A DNA stretch of 62,242 nt, taken from a virus (taxonomy: Duplodnaviria > Caudoviricetes). Position 1 is the stretch's first letter, and each line of letters opens with the position of its first letter. The stretch is from positions 1 to 62,242 of the IMG/VR virus record IMGVR_UViG_3300027608_000031, one strand, 5' to 3'. Positions 45,374 through 53,836 of the stretch are shown here, one piece after another. Made by a program: the position numbers and the translations under genes. The notes below the pieces were generated by a model. It searched no databases, was not told where the DNA came from, and worked only from the letters and a program-made list of their open reading frames with translations.

Positions 45374-46549
45374 TTAACTAACATAGATTGCTTTGCCGAC
45401 GGACGGCGTAGGCTTGTACCCACCTGTGATAGCCCAAAGAACTGGGTGTTCCCATGTACCCCACCCACCAACATATCCATCGGTGAGCACTACGACACAC
45501 TCAGGCTTCAAGCCCTTGTCTTTGATGTATCGCGGTATACATGATGGGTCAGTACCCCCACCACCTTCGGGCTTCGTAGACTTAACCAAGTCACCCAACT
45601 TGTCGCGTCCATATATCTCATGCGATGCCACCTCGGTATCCCAATACAACAAGTCAACTAACTCGGGTTGCACATTGATACAGATGGCTTGCACTTCTGA
45701 CAAGAACTCATTGAGTGCTTCACCACCGATAGAACCTGATGTGTCGATAGCGATGACGATGCGCCCCATAGATTCTGATAGCGTGCTTGGCATATACATA
45801 TCGTGTTGCAACCAACGACGATTGACCTTCTGCCATGTGGATACATCTTTACCATCGGCTAGTGAGTTGATGTAGTCACGCAACTGCTCACGCCAATCAA
45901 CCTTGGGCTCAACCAATTCACCCAATGCTCGTGACTGATTGCCACCCATCTTGCCCGCCATAAGTTGACCTTGACGGATAGCCTGATTGACTTCCTTGAT
46001 GTGCTCTTCAATTTCTTTCTGAGTCATACCCGATGGAGTCCAGTCATGCGAATCCAAACCCGCACCTTCGTCACCATCACCACCCTCGCCCTGTCCCTCG
46101 TCCATCAAGATGTCAAACACTTCTTGTGAGTTCATGTCACGGAAACGCTCATCAAGTAGTCCGACCTTGGGCAAGGTCACGAACCCACGCGATGCTTGAG
46201 AGATGTCGTAGATGATGAGGTTAATCACATAGTCGCACGCCATGTTTGCGCACCGCGCGTTCTCCTCGTACAAGTGACGCCACAAGAATGTATGTTGGAA
46301 TGTCTTGTGAAGATTTTCGTGCATGATTAGTCCACGCAAGTCGCTGTCCGATAAGTCACCTATGAACTTACTGCCATACATACAGTCGATGCCGTTGGTA
46401 CAAGCAGTAGGTATATCGTCCGACACCTTGTACTTCCCGACCATGATGATGCTCGCATACTCCATAGTATCTTTGTGTGCCATGAGTTCAACATGGGCTC
46501 GCTCAATCCGCTTGATTGCGGGTAGTGCTTGGGTTGCTGTTACAAACAT
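45374..46549 (-). CDS. DUF2201-type metallopeptidase plus vWA domain protein
   Basis: TACTNG, HENLH (HExxH), N.ACD..IN, MIDAS DTSGS, GGGGT, LTDG. Confidence 0.88.
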   Translation of the reverse strand: MFVTATQALPAIKRIERAHVELMAHKDTMEYASIIMVGKYKVSDDIPTACTNGIDCMYGSKFIGDLSDSDLRGLIMHENLHKTFQHTFLWRHLYEENARCANMACDYVINLIIYDISQASRGFVTLPKVGLLDERFRDMNSQEVFDILMDEGQGEGGDGDEGAGLDSHDWTPSGMTQKEIEEHIKEVNQAIRQGQLMAGKMGGNQSRALGELVEPKVDWREQLRDYINSLADGKDVSTWQKVNRRWLQHDMYMPSTLSESMGRIVIAIDTSGSIGGEALNEFLSEVQAICINVQPELVDLLYWDTEVASHEIYGRDKLGDLVKSTKPEGGGGTDPSCIPRYIKDKGLKPECVVVLTDGYVGGWGTWEHPVLWAITGGYKPTPSVGKAIYVS

Positions 46550-46684
46550 TTAGTTCTCTCCTTCTTCGGTTGGTTCATCATTGACTTCGATACTGAGGAT
46601 ACGAACACCCTCAAATATCTCCACGATTTCATATTCAATATCTGCCTTGTCAAGCAAGTCATACAGTTCTGTTGGTGTTTTCAT
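46550..46684 (-). CDS. small acidic protein, 44 aa
   Basis: Hand translation MKTPTELYDLLDKADIEYEIVEIFEGVRILSIEVNDEPTEEGEN*. Confidence 0.6.
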   Translation of the reverse strand: MKTPTELYDLLDKADIEYEIVEIFEGVRILSIEVNDEPTEEGEN

Positions 46685-46693
46685 ATAACCCCC

Positions 46694-47773
46694 TTACTTA
46701 CGAGCAAACAGATAGTTGTTATCTGCCGCCCACTTAGCGAACATGGGGTTAGTTGCCGCGACCGTACGCTTGGGGCACATGTCACTCATCACGCTTCGTG
46801 CAAACAAACCTTGCGACTCCTTGCTCATGCGTGGTAAGAACTCCATCCATGCGTTCATCGTTGCCTTCTCAATACGCTGTACTGCCTTGGCAATCAACAT
46901 ACACGCCGCCGCCGCACTCGTTGGTACAACCGCAGTTGTTGGTGCTTTGATTAGGTCGTCCCATGAGGTTAGTTGTGTATCCAATGTCACCATCGTCAAC
47001 ATGTTGTGCATAGCCTTCTCACCCACCGAACCCTTCAACGCATGGCACATGATGTCGTTGCCAAGAATCATTGTGTCGTTGATGACGTCCGATGCAGTCT
47101 CCAATGAACGCGGAGTAACGACTGCCATACGAACATCTCGTGGGTCATTGATATACATGTTCTGCTCAGGCTTCTCGTAGTCCTCGAACGATGCCAACAT
47201 CTCAGGGAACTCTTGGATAGTCGCAATGACAATCGGATTCCAGTTGTTGTTGATTGCATAGGTAATCAACTCCTCTGCGTTGGGCTTACCCACTCGTGTC
47301 TGAATCACACGGTTGCGTGCATGTGGCGGTACATTGTCACCAATACCCTCGACACTCAGGTTAGTAGTGGCGAACACGATGCCGTCCAAGTCATACACAC
47401 CAAGCGAACGCTCTTGCATAAGTCGTAGACATGCGTTCATCACGCCACCCTTAGCCTTGCCCAACTCATCGAGCATCATCACAATCTTCTTGCCCTTGAA
47501 GTGCAAGCCGAACTCCTCGTTAGGTACAAAGCGACACACCTCGTTGCCGTCGATGTCCTTAATCTTCGGCACCATGAAGTCGCCAACATCTTTCGTTGTG
47601 ATGTCAACATAGCAGAAGAAGTAGTCCTTCAACTCAGGTTTGTTGCGCAACATCTTGAGGATTGATGACTTACCAATACCCATTTCACCTTGCGCTAAGA
47701 CAGTCCGCTTGTGACCGACCGCCAAGATTAGGTCAGCCGTTTGTTGCAGAGATAAAGATTTATATAAAGACAT
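46694..47773 (-). CDS. AAA+ ATPase (MoxR-like)
   Basis: GEMGIGKS, MMLDE, ATTN, ARNR, TPRS. Confidence 0.9.
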   Translation of the reverse strand: MSLYKSLSLQQTADLILAVGHKRTVLAQGEMGIGKSSILKMLRNKPELKDYFFCYVDITTKDVGDFMVPKIKDIDGNEVCRFVPNEEFGLHFKGKKIVMMLDELGKAKGGVMNACLRLMQERSLGVYDLDGIVFATTNLSVEGIGDNVPPHARNRVIQTRVGKPNAEELITYAINNNWNPIVIATIQEFPEMLASFEDYEKPEQNMYINDPRDVRMAVVTPRSLETASDVINDTMILGNDIMCHALKGSVGEKAMHNMLTMVTLDTQLTSWDDLIKAPTTAVVPTSAAAACMLIAKAVQRIEKATMNAWMEFLPRMSKESQGLFARSVMSDMCPKRTVAATNPMFAKWAADNNYLFARK

Positions 47774-47789
47774 GTGATTCCCCTTTAAG

Positions 47790-48014
47790 TTAATGTGTGT
47801 TGGTTTGGTTGTAGATACCGCGAACGGTATTTGTGAATCTGCTGATTGCTTGGTGCTGAGTCAGCCCTTGAGTTCTGCAATAGACAGCAAGTGTTGATGC
47901 AAGTACGCCCGACGCTAGTGCGGGTGGCATACCCTTACTCATAAGTAAGTCGGTTATCTCCAAACTTATGTTCTTGATTACCTCCTCAGTAAACATGTCT
48001 AAGTTATCGTCCAT
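47790..48014 (-). CDS. hypothetical protein
   Basis: AGGAG RBS. Confidence 0.65.
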   Translation of the reverse strand: MDDNLDMFTEEVIKNISLEITDLLMSKGMPPALASGVLASTLAVYCRTQGLTQHQAISRFTNTVRGIYNQTNTH

Positions 48015-48077
48015 GATTTTCTCCTTTGATAAAAAAACAAATCAACTTTCGTACGGTACGAAACCGTACGATTAAAC

Positions 48078-48947
48078 TCACATCGAAAACTTGTCAAGCA
48101 TGGCGTCAACCTTCTGCTTGGTCTGCTCTCGTGTTAAGTCACTCTCACGCAATACCGATGCGTCAATGCCACGCATGGTTTCCTCCAACTCCATACGCAT
48201 TGCTTCCATGCGTACGTCCCCTGTGATATTGAAGTGTCGCAACAACCCACAAACTTCTATAGCGTTCTCAACTAACGAGTCCCTGAATATCTTGCGCTTG
48301 CCATCTTCTGTATCAGACAGTCGCTCACTCATGCGAGTCAACACATCGTGCAATCTATCCCAAGCATCTTGCATGGCGTCAGTCACACGGGTACTCAACA
48401 CATCTTCGTAGTGCTGTTTCATCTCGCGTAGTCCCTCCTCACCAATGTCTACACGAAAGTCACCCGCAGTAGGTAGTGGGGTAAACGCATAGCGAAACCC
48501 AAACTTACTAACAACTTGCTCACGCATGGGGTAGTCCTCACGATTGAACAAGTCCCCTAGTTGGAAAGCGGCGGACGATACAAGCGTGTCGTACTCATTC
48601 AAGAACGCGTTGACACATGTTGTGAACTGTTGCTCGTACTCAGTCAGTCGTGACTTGTAGTCAATGAATGTTGCCATGTTCAATACCCTGTCACCGTTGT
48701 CACCCCAAGGTTGCGTCACCGTGTAGTGCCATGTACGCACAGCGTTTGCCACCTTGGTTATCTCCTCCAACTTGCCCGAACCCGCCAACAAGTTCTTGTG
48801 ATAGTTACCCGCACGGGTACGGGTAGAGTTCTGTTGGTCAACCGCTTCGCTCACACGCTTGTCCAACTTGCGCCCTGTCCATACAGACAGAGATAGGTTA
48901 ACGATGAGGGCAGAGCCCGACAATTTAGATACAACAACTTCTTCCAT
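48078..48947 (-). CDS. DUF3150-like protein
   Basis: L..S.WTGRKLD, T.PW.D.G.R, LGDLFN..DYP; upstream of AAA/vWA. Confidence 0.7.
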   Translation of the reverse strand: MEEVVVSKLSGSALIVNLSLSVWTGRKLDKRVSEAVDQQNSTRTRAGNYHKNLLAGSGKLEEITKVANAVRTWHYTVTQPWGDNGDRVLNMATFIDYKSRLTEYEQQFTTCVNAFLNEYDTLVSSAAFQLGDLFNREDYPMREQVVSKFGFRYAFTPLPTAGDFRVDIGEEGLREMKQHYEDVLSTRVTDAMQDAWDRLHDVLTRMSERLSDTEDGKRKIFRDSLVENAIEVCGLLRHFNITGDVRMEAMRMELEETMRGIDASVLRESDLTREQTKQKVDAMLDKFSM

Positions 48948-49017
48948 TTGATTCCCTTTCGTACGGTACGAAACCGCGTTTGATTAACTTACACACAATA
49001 CTAACTAACAAGCCTAT

Positions 49018-49046
49018 AGTATAACAACTTTACATGAGTATGTCAA
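49018..49046 (-). promoter_or_regulatory. strong sigma70 early promoter
   Basis: TTGACA (49046-49041), 17 bp, TATACT (49023-49018). Confidence 0.85.
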
Positions 49047-49207
49047 GTAGCGTCCTTCCCAAACACCTCTTGCACCCAACACCCATTCGCATCGAACGCC
49101 ACTTGCATGGTTTCGCACGACTCAGTTATGGCTTGCACCTTGGCATCTGCTTCGGGGCTGTTGGGGTCTTCGATACCCTCGAATTCAAAAACAACTAGCA
49201 CTTTCAT
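49043..49207 (-). CDS. small acidic protein, 54 aa
   Basis: Hand translation MKVLVVFEFEGIEDPNSPEAD...; GGAG RBS, ATGA coupling. Confidence 0.6.
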   Translation of the reverse strand: MKVLVVFEFEGIEDPNSPEADAKVQAITESCETMQVAFDANGCWVQEVFGKDAT

Positions 49208-49440
49208 ATATCACTCCCTAAGTTCTTTTGGTTTGTTTGTTTTAGAGTGGTACTTGCTGCCGCTTGTGTAACGAACATGTACCCACCCTTGCCGTACTCT
49301 TGCACCACAGTCCATGACTTGCGCTCTGCCCGTGCAAAATCTTCTCCGCAAAACAAACACATGCGGTATCCCAATGCCCAACGCTCAGTCGGGAACTCAT
49401 CGCCACATATGTTGCACTCTCTGTAGTTACCAAAACTCAT
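49204..49440 (-). CDS. Zn-finger protein (DksA/TraR C4-like)
   Basis: C..CG..F...R...G...C..CG. Confidence 0.65.
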   Translation of the reverse strand: MSFGNYRECNICGDEFPTERWALGYRMCLFCGEDFARAERKSWTVVQEYGKGGYMFVTQAAASTTLKQTNQKNLGSDI

Positions 49441-49811
49441 GCTTCTTCTCCTTTGTTTGCTCTTTCAATTAAACCTACGCCACCAGTCACGGCAACAACT
49501 CGCATGTCCTCCACACTACACTTCACGGTCTGCACACCTGTCGGTCTGCATTGGGTTCGGTGTCGGCTTGTCGTTTGGCTGAACTGGCTGTCGTTCTCGT
49601 ACCAAACATCTGCCGCGTGGTCATACACAAATAGAGGCCATGTGTATCGGTAGGAATAAACGCCATACAACTTGTTGTCGTACGAGTTCACGCCCCACTC
49701 ACCCCACACATTGCTACCTCTGAACGCTTGGCGGTTCTCCACCCTCTCCCTAGCCTTGCCGTTTGCAATCATTTTGATACTCATATAGTTCCCCTGTTTA
49801 GTTACTTCCAC
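49437..49811 (-). CDS. hypothetical protein
   Basis: Y.VYSY...PLF....W..N...S.TTSRH. Confidence 0.7.
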   Translation of the reverse strand: MEVTKQGNYMSIKMIANGKARERVENRQAFRGSNVWGEWGVNSYDNKLYGVYSYRYTWPLFVYDHAADVWYENDSQFSQTTSRHRTQCRPTGVQTVKCSVEDMRVVAVTGGVGLIERANKGEEA

Positions 49812-49969
49812 TCTTGTCTTTCAAGTTTCAAGCGGTCACGCTCTTCTGCTTTCGTACGGTACGAATGTTCCCGTGGTACTTTCTTATCCACGAACATGCC
49901 AACCCACAACATCTTGTGCTGTGTATGCTTACGATTAGATTCTTTGCGTTCCAATTTATTCTGCATCAT
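49802..49969 (-). CDS. small basic protein
   Basis: Hand translation MMQNKLERKESNRK...ERQEWK*; AGGAG RBS; contains a palindrome copy. Confidence 0.5.
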   Translation of the reverse strand: MMQNKLERKESNRKHTQHKMLWVGMFVDKKVPREHSYRTKAEERDRLKLERQEWK

Positions 49970-50126
49970 CAACTCCTACTTCGCTGAGGGCAACCCAAGC
50001 AACTGCACCGATGAGTGCACCCGCGAACACCATGCCCGCTTCAAACAACCAACCATCTTTGTCGTGGCATAACACCAACATAACAAACGACATTATTAAA
50101 TACGCAATCATTTCAACTTTACTCAT
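49956..50126 (-). CDS. two-TM membrane protein
   Basis: Start MSKVEM with AAGGAG RBS; two hydrophobic segments. Confidence 0.6.
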   Translation of the reverse strand: MSKVEMIAYLIMSFVMLVLCHDKDGWLFEAGMVFAGALIGAVAWVALSEVGVDDAE

Positions 50127-50137
50127 TTGATACTCCT

Positions 50138-50317
50138 TTATAAAACATTCGGACATTCGTCTAACTCTTCTTGTGTAAACCATTGGCGTGCGACCGTATC
50201 GTTTTTCAACTTGTCGTACTCGCCCCATGCTTTGCACACGAAACACGCTTTGTGTATATCAGGGCAACGCTCACCCCAATACTCTGTTATTGCTTCTTCT
50301 ACTTTATTCATTTCCAT
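50138..50317 (-). CDS. small Cys-containing protein
   Basis: Hand translation MEMNKVEEAITEYWGERCPD..CFVCKAW... Confidence 0.55.
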   Translation of the reverse strand: MEMNKVEEAITEYWGERCPDIHKACFVCKAWGEYDKLKNDTVARQWFTQEELDECPNVL

Positions 50318-50652
50318 ACTCCCTTCATACTATTAACCTTGGCTTTCGTACCGTACGAATACTCAGGCACATACCAAACATACAACCTATTCTCTTGTTG
50401 CAACATCTTGTCTGCGTATACCTCATCAAGACTATCTTTGTCTATGTATATCGCTTGCTCTGCTTGCGGTATGTTCACTTTGAACTCATTCACTCCACGC
50501 ACATGTGTCGTGCTTGGCACTCCCGATAAGTGCGCCCACTTCTTAGCCAGTATGACCATGCTCATGCGTGATGAACGGTCGGGCAGTTTGATGGTCGTGC
50601 GTTTAAGCACTTGGTTGGTGACTGTATGCACCAGTTCTAAATTGAGTCGCAT
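50308..50652 (-). CDS. hypothetical protein
   Basis: AAGGAG RBS; contains a palindrome copy. Confidence 0.6.
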   Translation of the reverse strand: MRLNLELVHTVTNQVLKRTTIKLPDRSSRMSMVILAKKWAHLSGVPSTTHVRGVNEFKVNIPQAEQAIYIDKDSLDEVYADKMLQQENRLYVWYVPEYSYGTKAKVNSMKGVWK

Positions 50653-50661
50653 GGTTACTCC

Positions 50662-50865
50662 TTATTCCAAACATTCAAAGTATTGACCAATAACATCGGT
50701 GTTCTCGAAGTTGTTGGTGTCTGCTTGCAGTTGCTCTGCGTCATGGTCTTGAAACCATAGTGCGTCCGCATATGCGCCCTCAGCGTTGCATCTAACTCCG
50801 TATGCCCAACCATTGCCGTGGCTAGTGATTGTGTATTTCCCATCTGCTGTATCGAATTGAGTCAT
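50662..50865 (-). CDS. first early-gene product
   Basis: MTQFDTADGKY..., GAAAGGG RBS, just downstream of the promoter. Confidence 0.65.
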   Translation of the reverse strand: MTQFDTADGKYTITSHGNGWAYGVRCNAEGAYADALWFQDHDAEQLQADTNNFENTDVIGQYFECLE

Positions 50866-50960
50866 GGTGTTCCCTTTCTGTTGACCCTTACACATCGGGC
50901 TTTCGTACCGTACGAAAGTTGCCGTGTCACTCGAAACGCTTTTATTCCGAATGAGCCTTA

Positions 50961-50989
50961 ATTATAAGGGATTTACATGGGCTTGTCAA
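50961..50989 (-). promoter_or_regulatory. perfect-consensus sigma70 early promoter
   Basis: TTGACA (50989-50984), 17 bp, TATAAT (50966-50961). Confidence 0.9.
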
Positions 50990-51000
50990 GTTGTTACTAT

Positions 51001-51028
51001 AAAGAAAAAGCCAGTATTAAACTGGCTT
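51001..51028 (-). terminator. intrinsic terminator
   Basis: aagccagt/actggctt stem, U-tail on minus strand. Confidence 0.7.
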
Positions 51029-51085
51029 AAATGGTGTATGAATATAGAATAACGGTGGGTGTGACTTACTCACACCAAAACTTGT

Positions 51086-51475
51086 TTATACATACTCAAA
51101 TGTATGCCCCATAAATGATGGGCGTCTACCTTTCAGATGGTCGCAAAGGTTTGTGGTGCTTCCACCAAAATGCCGAACAGCATCGCGCTGTGAATCAAAC
51201 AGTTGTTCTGTCTCCTTACAACGAATTCGGGTTGCATGGTTAATGATGCCCTTCAACCCTGCGGTCATTTTGGCTTGCACCTCGGGGGTGCGTGCGTACC
51301 CACTACCTACCTTGTATTTCTCTCTGTCTGCTCGTAGCCCGTTGACATTGCGCACGCCGAGGCTGGTAAGTAGTTCAATCCGTGTCTTTGCGTCTAACAT
51401 AGTGATACTCCGTTCTAAAAAGGTTTTATCCGTAAAGTGCTCTAAGTTTCTAAGCACGAGAATATTGTAAACCAT
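51086..51475 (-). CDS. NUMOD3/NUMOD1-type DNA-binding protein without a nuclease domain
   Basis: RTPEVQAKM (NUMOD3-like), IRC.ET...FDS.RDA...G......LKG....GHTFEY (NUMOD1-like). Confidence 0.65.
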   Translation of the reverse strand: MVYNILVLRNLEHFTDKTFLERSITMLDAKTRIELLTSLGVRNVNGLRADREKYKVGSGYARTPEVQAKMTAGLKGIINHATRIRCKETEQLFDSQRDAVRHFGGSTTNLCDHLKGRRPSFMGHTFEYV

Positions 51476-51795
51476 TTATCCATGCGGTGTACGGGATGAT
51501 AACACCCCTATTATTCCAATATTCTGTGTTTTTTGGATTATGAGCGAGACAAAACAAAGGAAGAGAAAATCTGCATGAATGGTTTCGTACGGTACGAAAG
51601 TTAGGGCTGGTAATGAAATAAAAATTTAGACTTCATATATATTTATTTTATAGAATAATAGAATAATAGGGAATTTTCCAAACGCAAGTGCTTGATTTAA
51701 AAGGCTTTTGTATTATTCTGATAATGAGAATAGATGAGAACTAAATAGAGGATATTACGGCTTACACTAACTTAAACCATCTTGACACTAAACGC

Positions 51796-52015
51796 GTACG
51801 GCCAACTTCGAGGATACAGGTTTCAGGGGAGTAAGGGTTTCGTACGGTACGAAAGTTTGCAGGGTGTTTGTGGTGTGATGTTGTACGGCCAACTTCGAGG
51901 ATACAGGTTTCAAAGGGGTAAGGCTCAAATGGTGAGCCTGCCAGATTGTTTGGCATCGGCACGCGTCAATGTGTTGTAGCATGTTCATAGTGGAACCTTG
52001 GGGGTACAGGTATCA
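51796..52015. repeat. 30-bp direct repeat x2 plus a degenerate third copy
   Basis: GTACGGCCAACTTCGAGGATACAGGTTTCA at 51796-51825 and 51883-51912; aaccttgggggtacaggtatca near 51994. Confidence 0.9.
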
Positions 52016-52035
52016 CAGCCCAAAATGTTTGGGCG

Positions 52036-52061
52036 AAAAAAAAGCCCCCTTTCGGGGGCTT
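52036..52061 (-). terminator. intrinsic terminator
   Basis: aagccccc-gaaa-gggggctt then U-run on minus strand. Confidence 0.85.
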
Positions 52062-52075
52062 AGTGGTTTAGGTGT

Positions 52076-52594
52076 TTACTTGATTTCGACGCCTTCAGAT
52101 TCTAGGTAGGATTTCACGCCTTCGAATAAGGTTTTGATTTCGTCATTCTCAAACGATGCTTGCAAGTCGTTGATGAAACCCTCGAAATCAGCGTCTCTAA
52201 AACATGTAGCAAGTTTGGCTGAAAACTCTTTGGTTGCCTTCGCGCCTTTGCTTGCGCCCTTTGCCTTATTCTTTGCGCGTTGGCCGTTCCAGTCTGTTAC
52301 TGGTTTACCGCTTGCTACATGCGCTTTGAATGTAGGTAGGTAGGTTTGTTGCATGGTCGATTGTGTCTTACCCTTTGCAACGCCACCATCTACGAACGCG
52401 GTGGCAATGGCGCAACCCGTGCCGTCCTTCTTATAAGTACCAACAACAACCTTCGCCTTATGTAAGGCGAGAATGTTAGTGTTAGCCAGTTCGCGCTTCT
52501 GCTCAGCCGTTTGTAACGCGCCCGCCATTTCTGCCACCGCGTTGCCACAGTCTGTAGCGAGTTGCACATTAGAGAGAGTAGAGGATTTAGTCAT
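52076..52594 (-). CDS. hypothetical early protein in its own transcription unit
   Basis: Start MTKSS at 52594 with GAAAGGA RBS; terminator directly downstream. Confidence 0.75.
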   Translation of the reverse strand: MTKSSTLSNVQLATDCGNAVAEMAGALQTAEQKRELANTNILALHKAKVVVGTYKKDGTGCAIATAFVDGGVAKGKTQSTMQQTYLPTFKAHVASGKPVTDWNGQRAKNKAKGASKGAKATKEFSAKLATCFRDADFEGFINDLQASFENDEIKTLFEGVKSYLESEGVEIK

Positions 52595-53046
52595 TTGATT
52601 TCCTTTCGTATGACTGTATCTAATCAGAGCCAATCCCTGAGTCGATGGTTGAACTGTATCACAACCAGCAACAACTTGCACGGGATAGATACAAATTTAC
52701 ACTTTCGTACAGTACGAAAGTTTGAGCGGTATATCCGACCCCACCCCCCGCTTTTAGGATTAGGTACCATACGCGCTACTACTACTCTAATCCGCTCATT
52801 AGATAATCCATTTTTAGAAATAGGTACTCCAGATCGTCACATCACCACACAATTTTTCCCATAGTCTTAACACACACAAACATCTTGTGGTAAGAACAAA
52901 CTACACAGGGTCCGCAGCTTAATGAGGGGGGAGAGGGGTTCTTTTTTAAGTATCCAATCCCAGTTTTTAAGTATCCAATAGACCCCCCCGTCACTTTTTA
53001 TTTTGCCCACCCCCCGGGGGGTATATATTTTTTGGTAAAGTTTCGC

Positions 53047-53141
53047 TGTTGGCAACACGAATACGGGTTAGCTCCGTAGCACTTTTTTTCGTTTGTGTTG
53101 TGCAAGTCAAAACACTGCTTTATGTGAGCGTGTTGCCAACA
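53047..53141 (+). ncRNA. candidate small structured RNA
   Basis: 13-bp perfect terminal stem tgttggcaacacg/cgtgttgccaaca, internal hairpins, extended -10 TGgTAAAGT at 53033-53041. Confidence 0.55.
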
Positions 53142-53160
53142 CCTATTTCTGTGTTACATT
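53133..53160 (+). promoter_or_regulatory. putative late promoter
   Basis: TTGCCA-16-TACATT with extended -10 TG, upstream of terS. Confidence 0.45.
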
Positions 53161-53191
53161 TCCTGAACTTCGGAGTGCCAACTTTCCTCCT

Positions 53192-53836
53192 ATGATTCTT
53201 GTTACACCAGAACTAAACGTTCCTGCTCCGTTCACCATGACGGATGAAGAGATTCTCAGTATCCATGAGAAGGCTAAACTCGCCTTCAATACAGTAGAGT
53301 TCTTGCGGGCGAATGGGCTCGACGATGCAGAGACCGCCGTAACTACAGAAGACAAGAAGACTGCACGCTCAGTTTTCATGGACAACCCCACCACGACACT
53401 GGCAGATATAAATACACCGGGCAAAGCACTAATGTTGAAGGCTTTGCTGGATGAGTACGATATTGACGTGATTCGTAACGCACAGCAAGTGCGGTCATAC
53501 ATTAAGCTCAAGTTGCTAGAAAAGTCCGACTGTGGGGATAACAAGGTTGAACTGAAAGCCTTGGAGATGCTGGGTAAGATGAGCGACGTCGGAGCATTTA
53601 CCGAACGTGTGGAAATTAACGTCACGCACAGAACCACGGAAGAACTTGAGAACGAGTTGGCTAATAAGCTGTCTCAGTACTTGGGCGACATCATTGATGT
53701 GGAAGCAAAGAATGTGACGAGTATGGATGTGGTGGCTAGAGCGCCAGCAGTTCAGGTAATAGATATAGACGCCGAGTTGGGGTTTGTGGGCGGCGAATTG
53801 ATAGAAGACGGGCAAGAGAATGACAGCACTGAATAG
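53192..53836 (+). CDS. probable terminase small subunit
   Basis: Directly upstream of TerL; LKALEMLGK..VGAF.ER.E; start MILVTP. Confidence 0.7.
   Translation: MILVTPELNVPAPFTMTDEEILSIHEKAKLAFNTVEFLRANGLDDAETAVTTEDKKTARSVFMDNPTTTLADINTPGKALMLKALLDEYDIDVIRNAQQVRSYIKLKLLEKSDCGDNKVELKALEMLGKMSDVGAFTERVEINVTHRTTEELENELANKLSQYLGDIIDVEAKNVTSMDVVARAPAVQVIDIDAELGFVGGELIEDGQENDSTE

Larger units (their letters stand above)
44633..52719. repeat. dispersed 17-bp palindrome TTTCGTACNGTACGAAW, 9 copies
   Basis: Copies start at 44633, 48047, 48957, 49850, 50344, 50901, 51583, 51838, 52703. Confidence 0.95.

Noticed and set aside
51762-51988. Short ORFs across the direct repeats
   Set aside because: Peptide repeats merely mirror the DNA repeat; no RBS; present on both strands
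51796-52015. Mini CRISPR array
   Set aside because: Only two exact repeats, uneven spacing, similarity extends into the supposed spacer, and no cas genes; the Cas4-like nuclease is a usual phage replication exonuclease
53047-53141. tRNA
   Set aside because: No T-loop GTTCRA, D-loop or 7-bp acceptor geometry; no tRNA was noticed anywhere in the window
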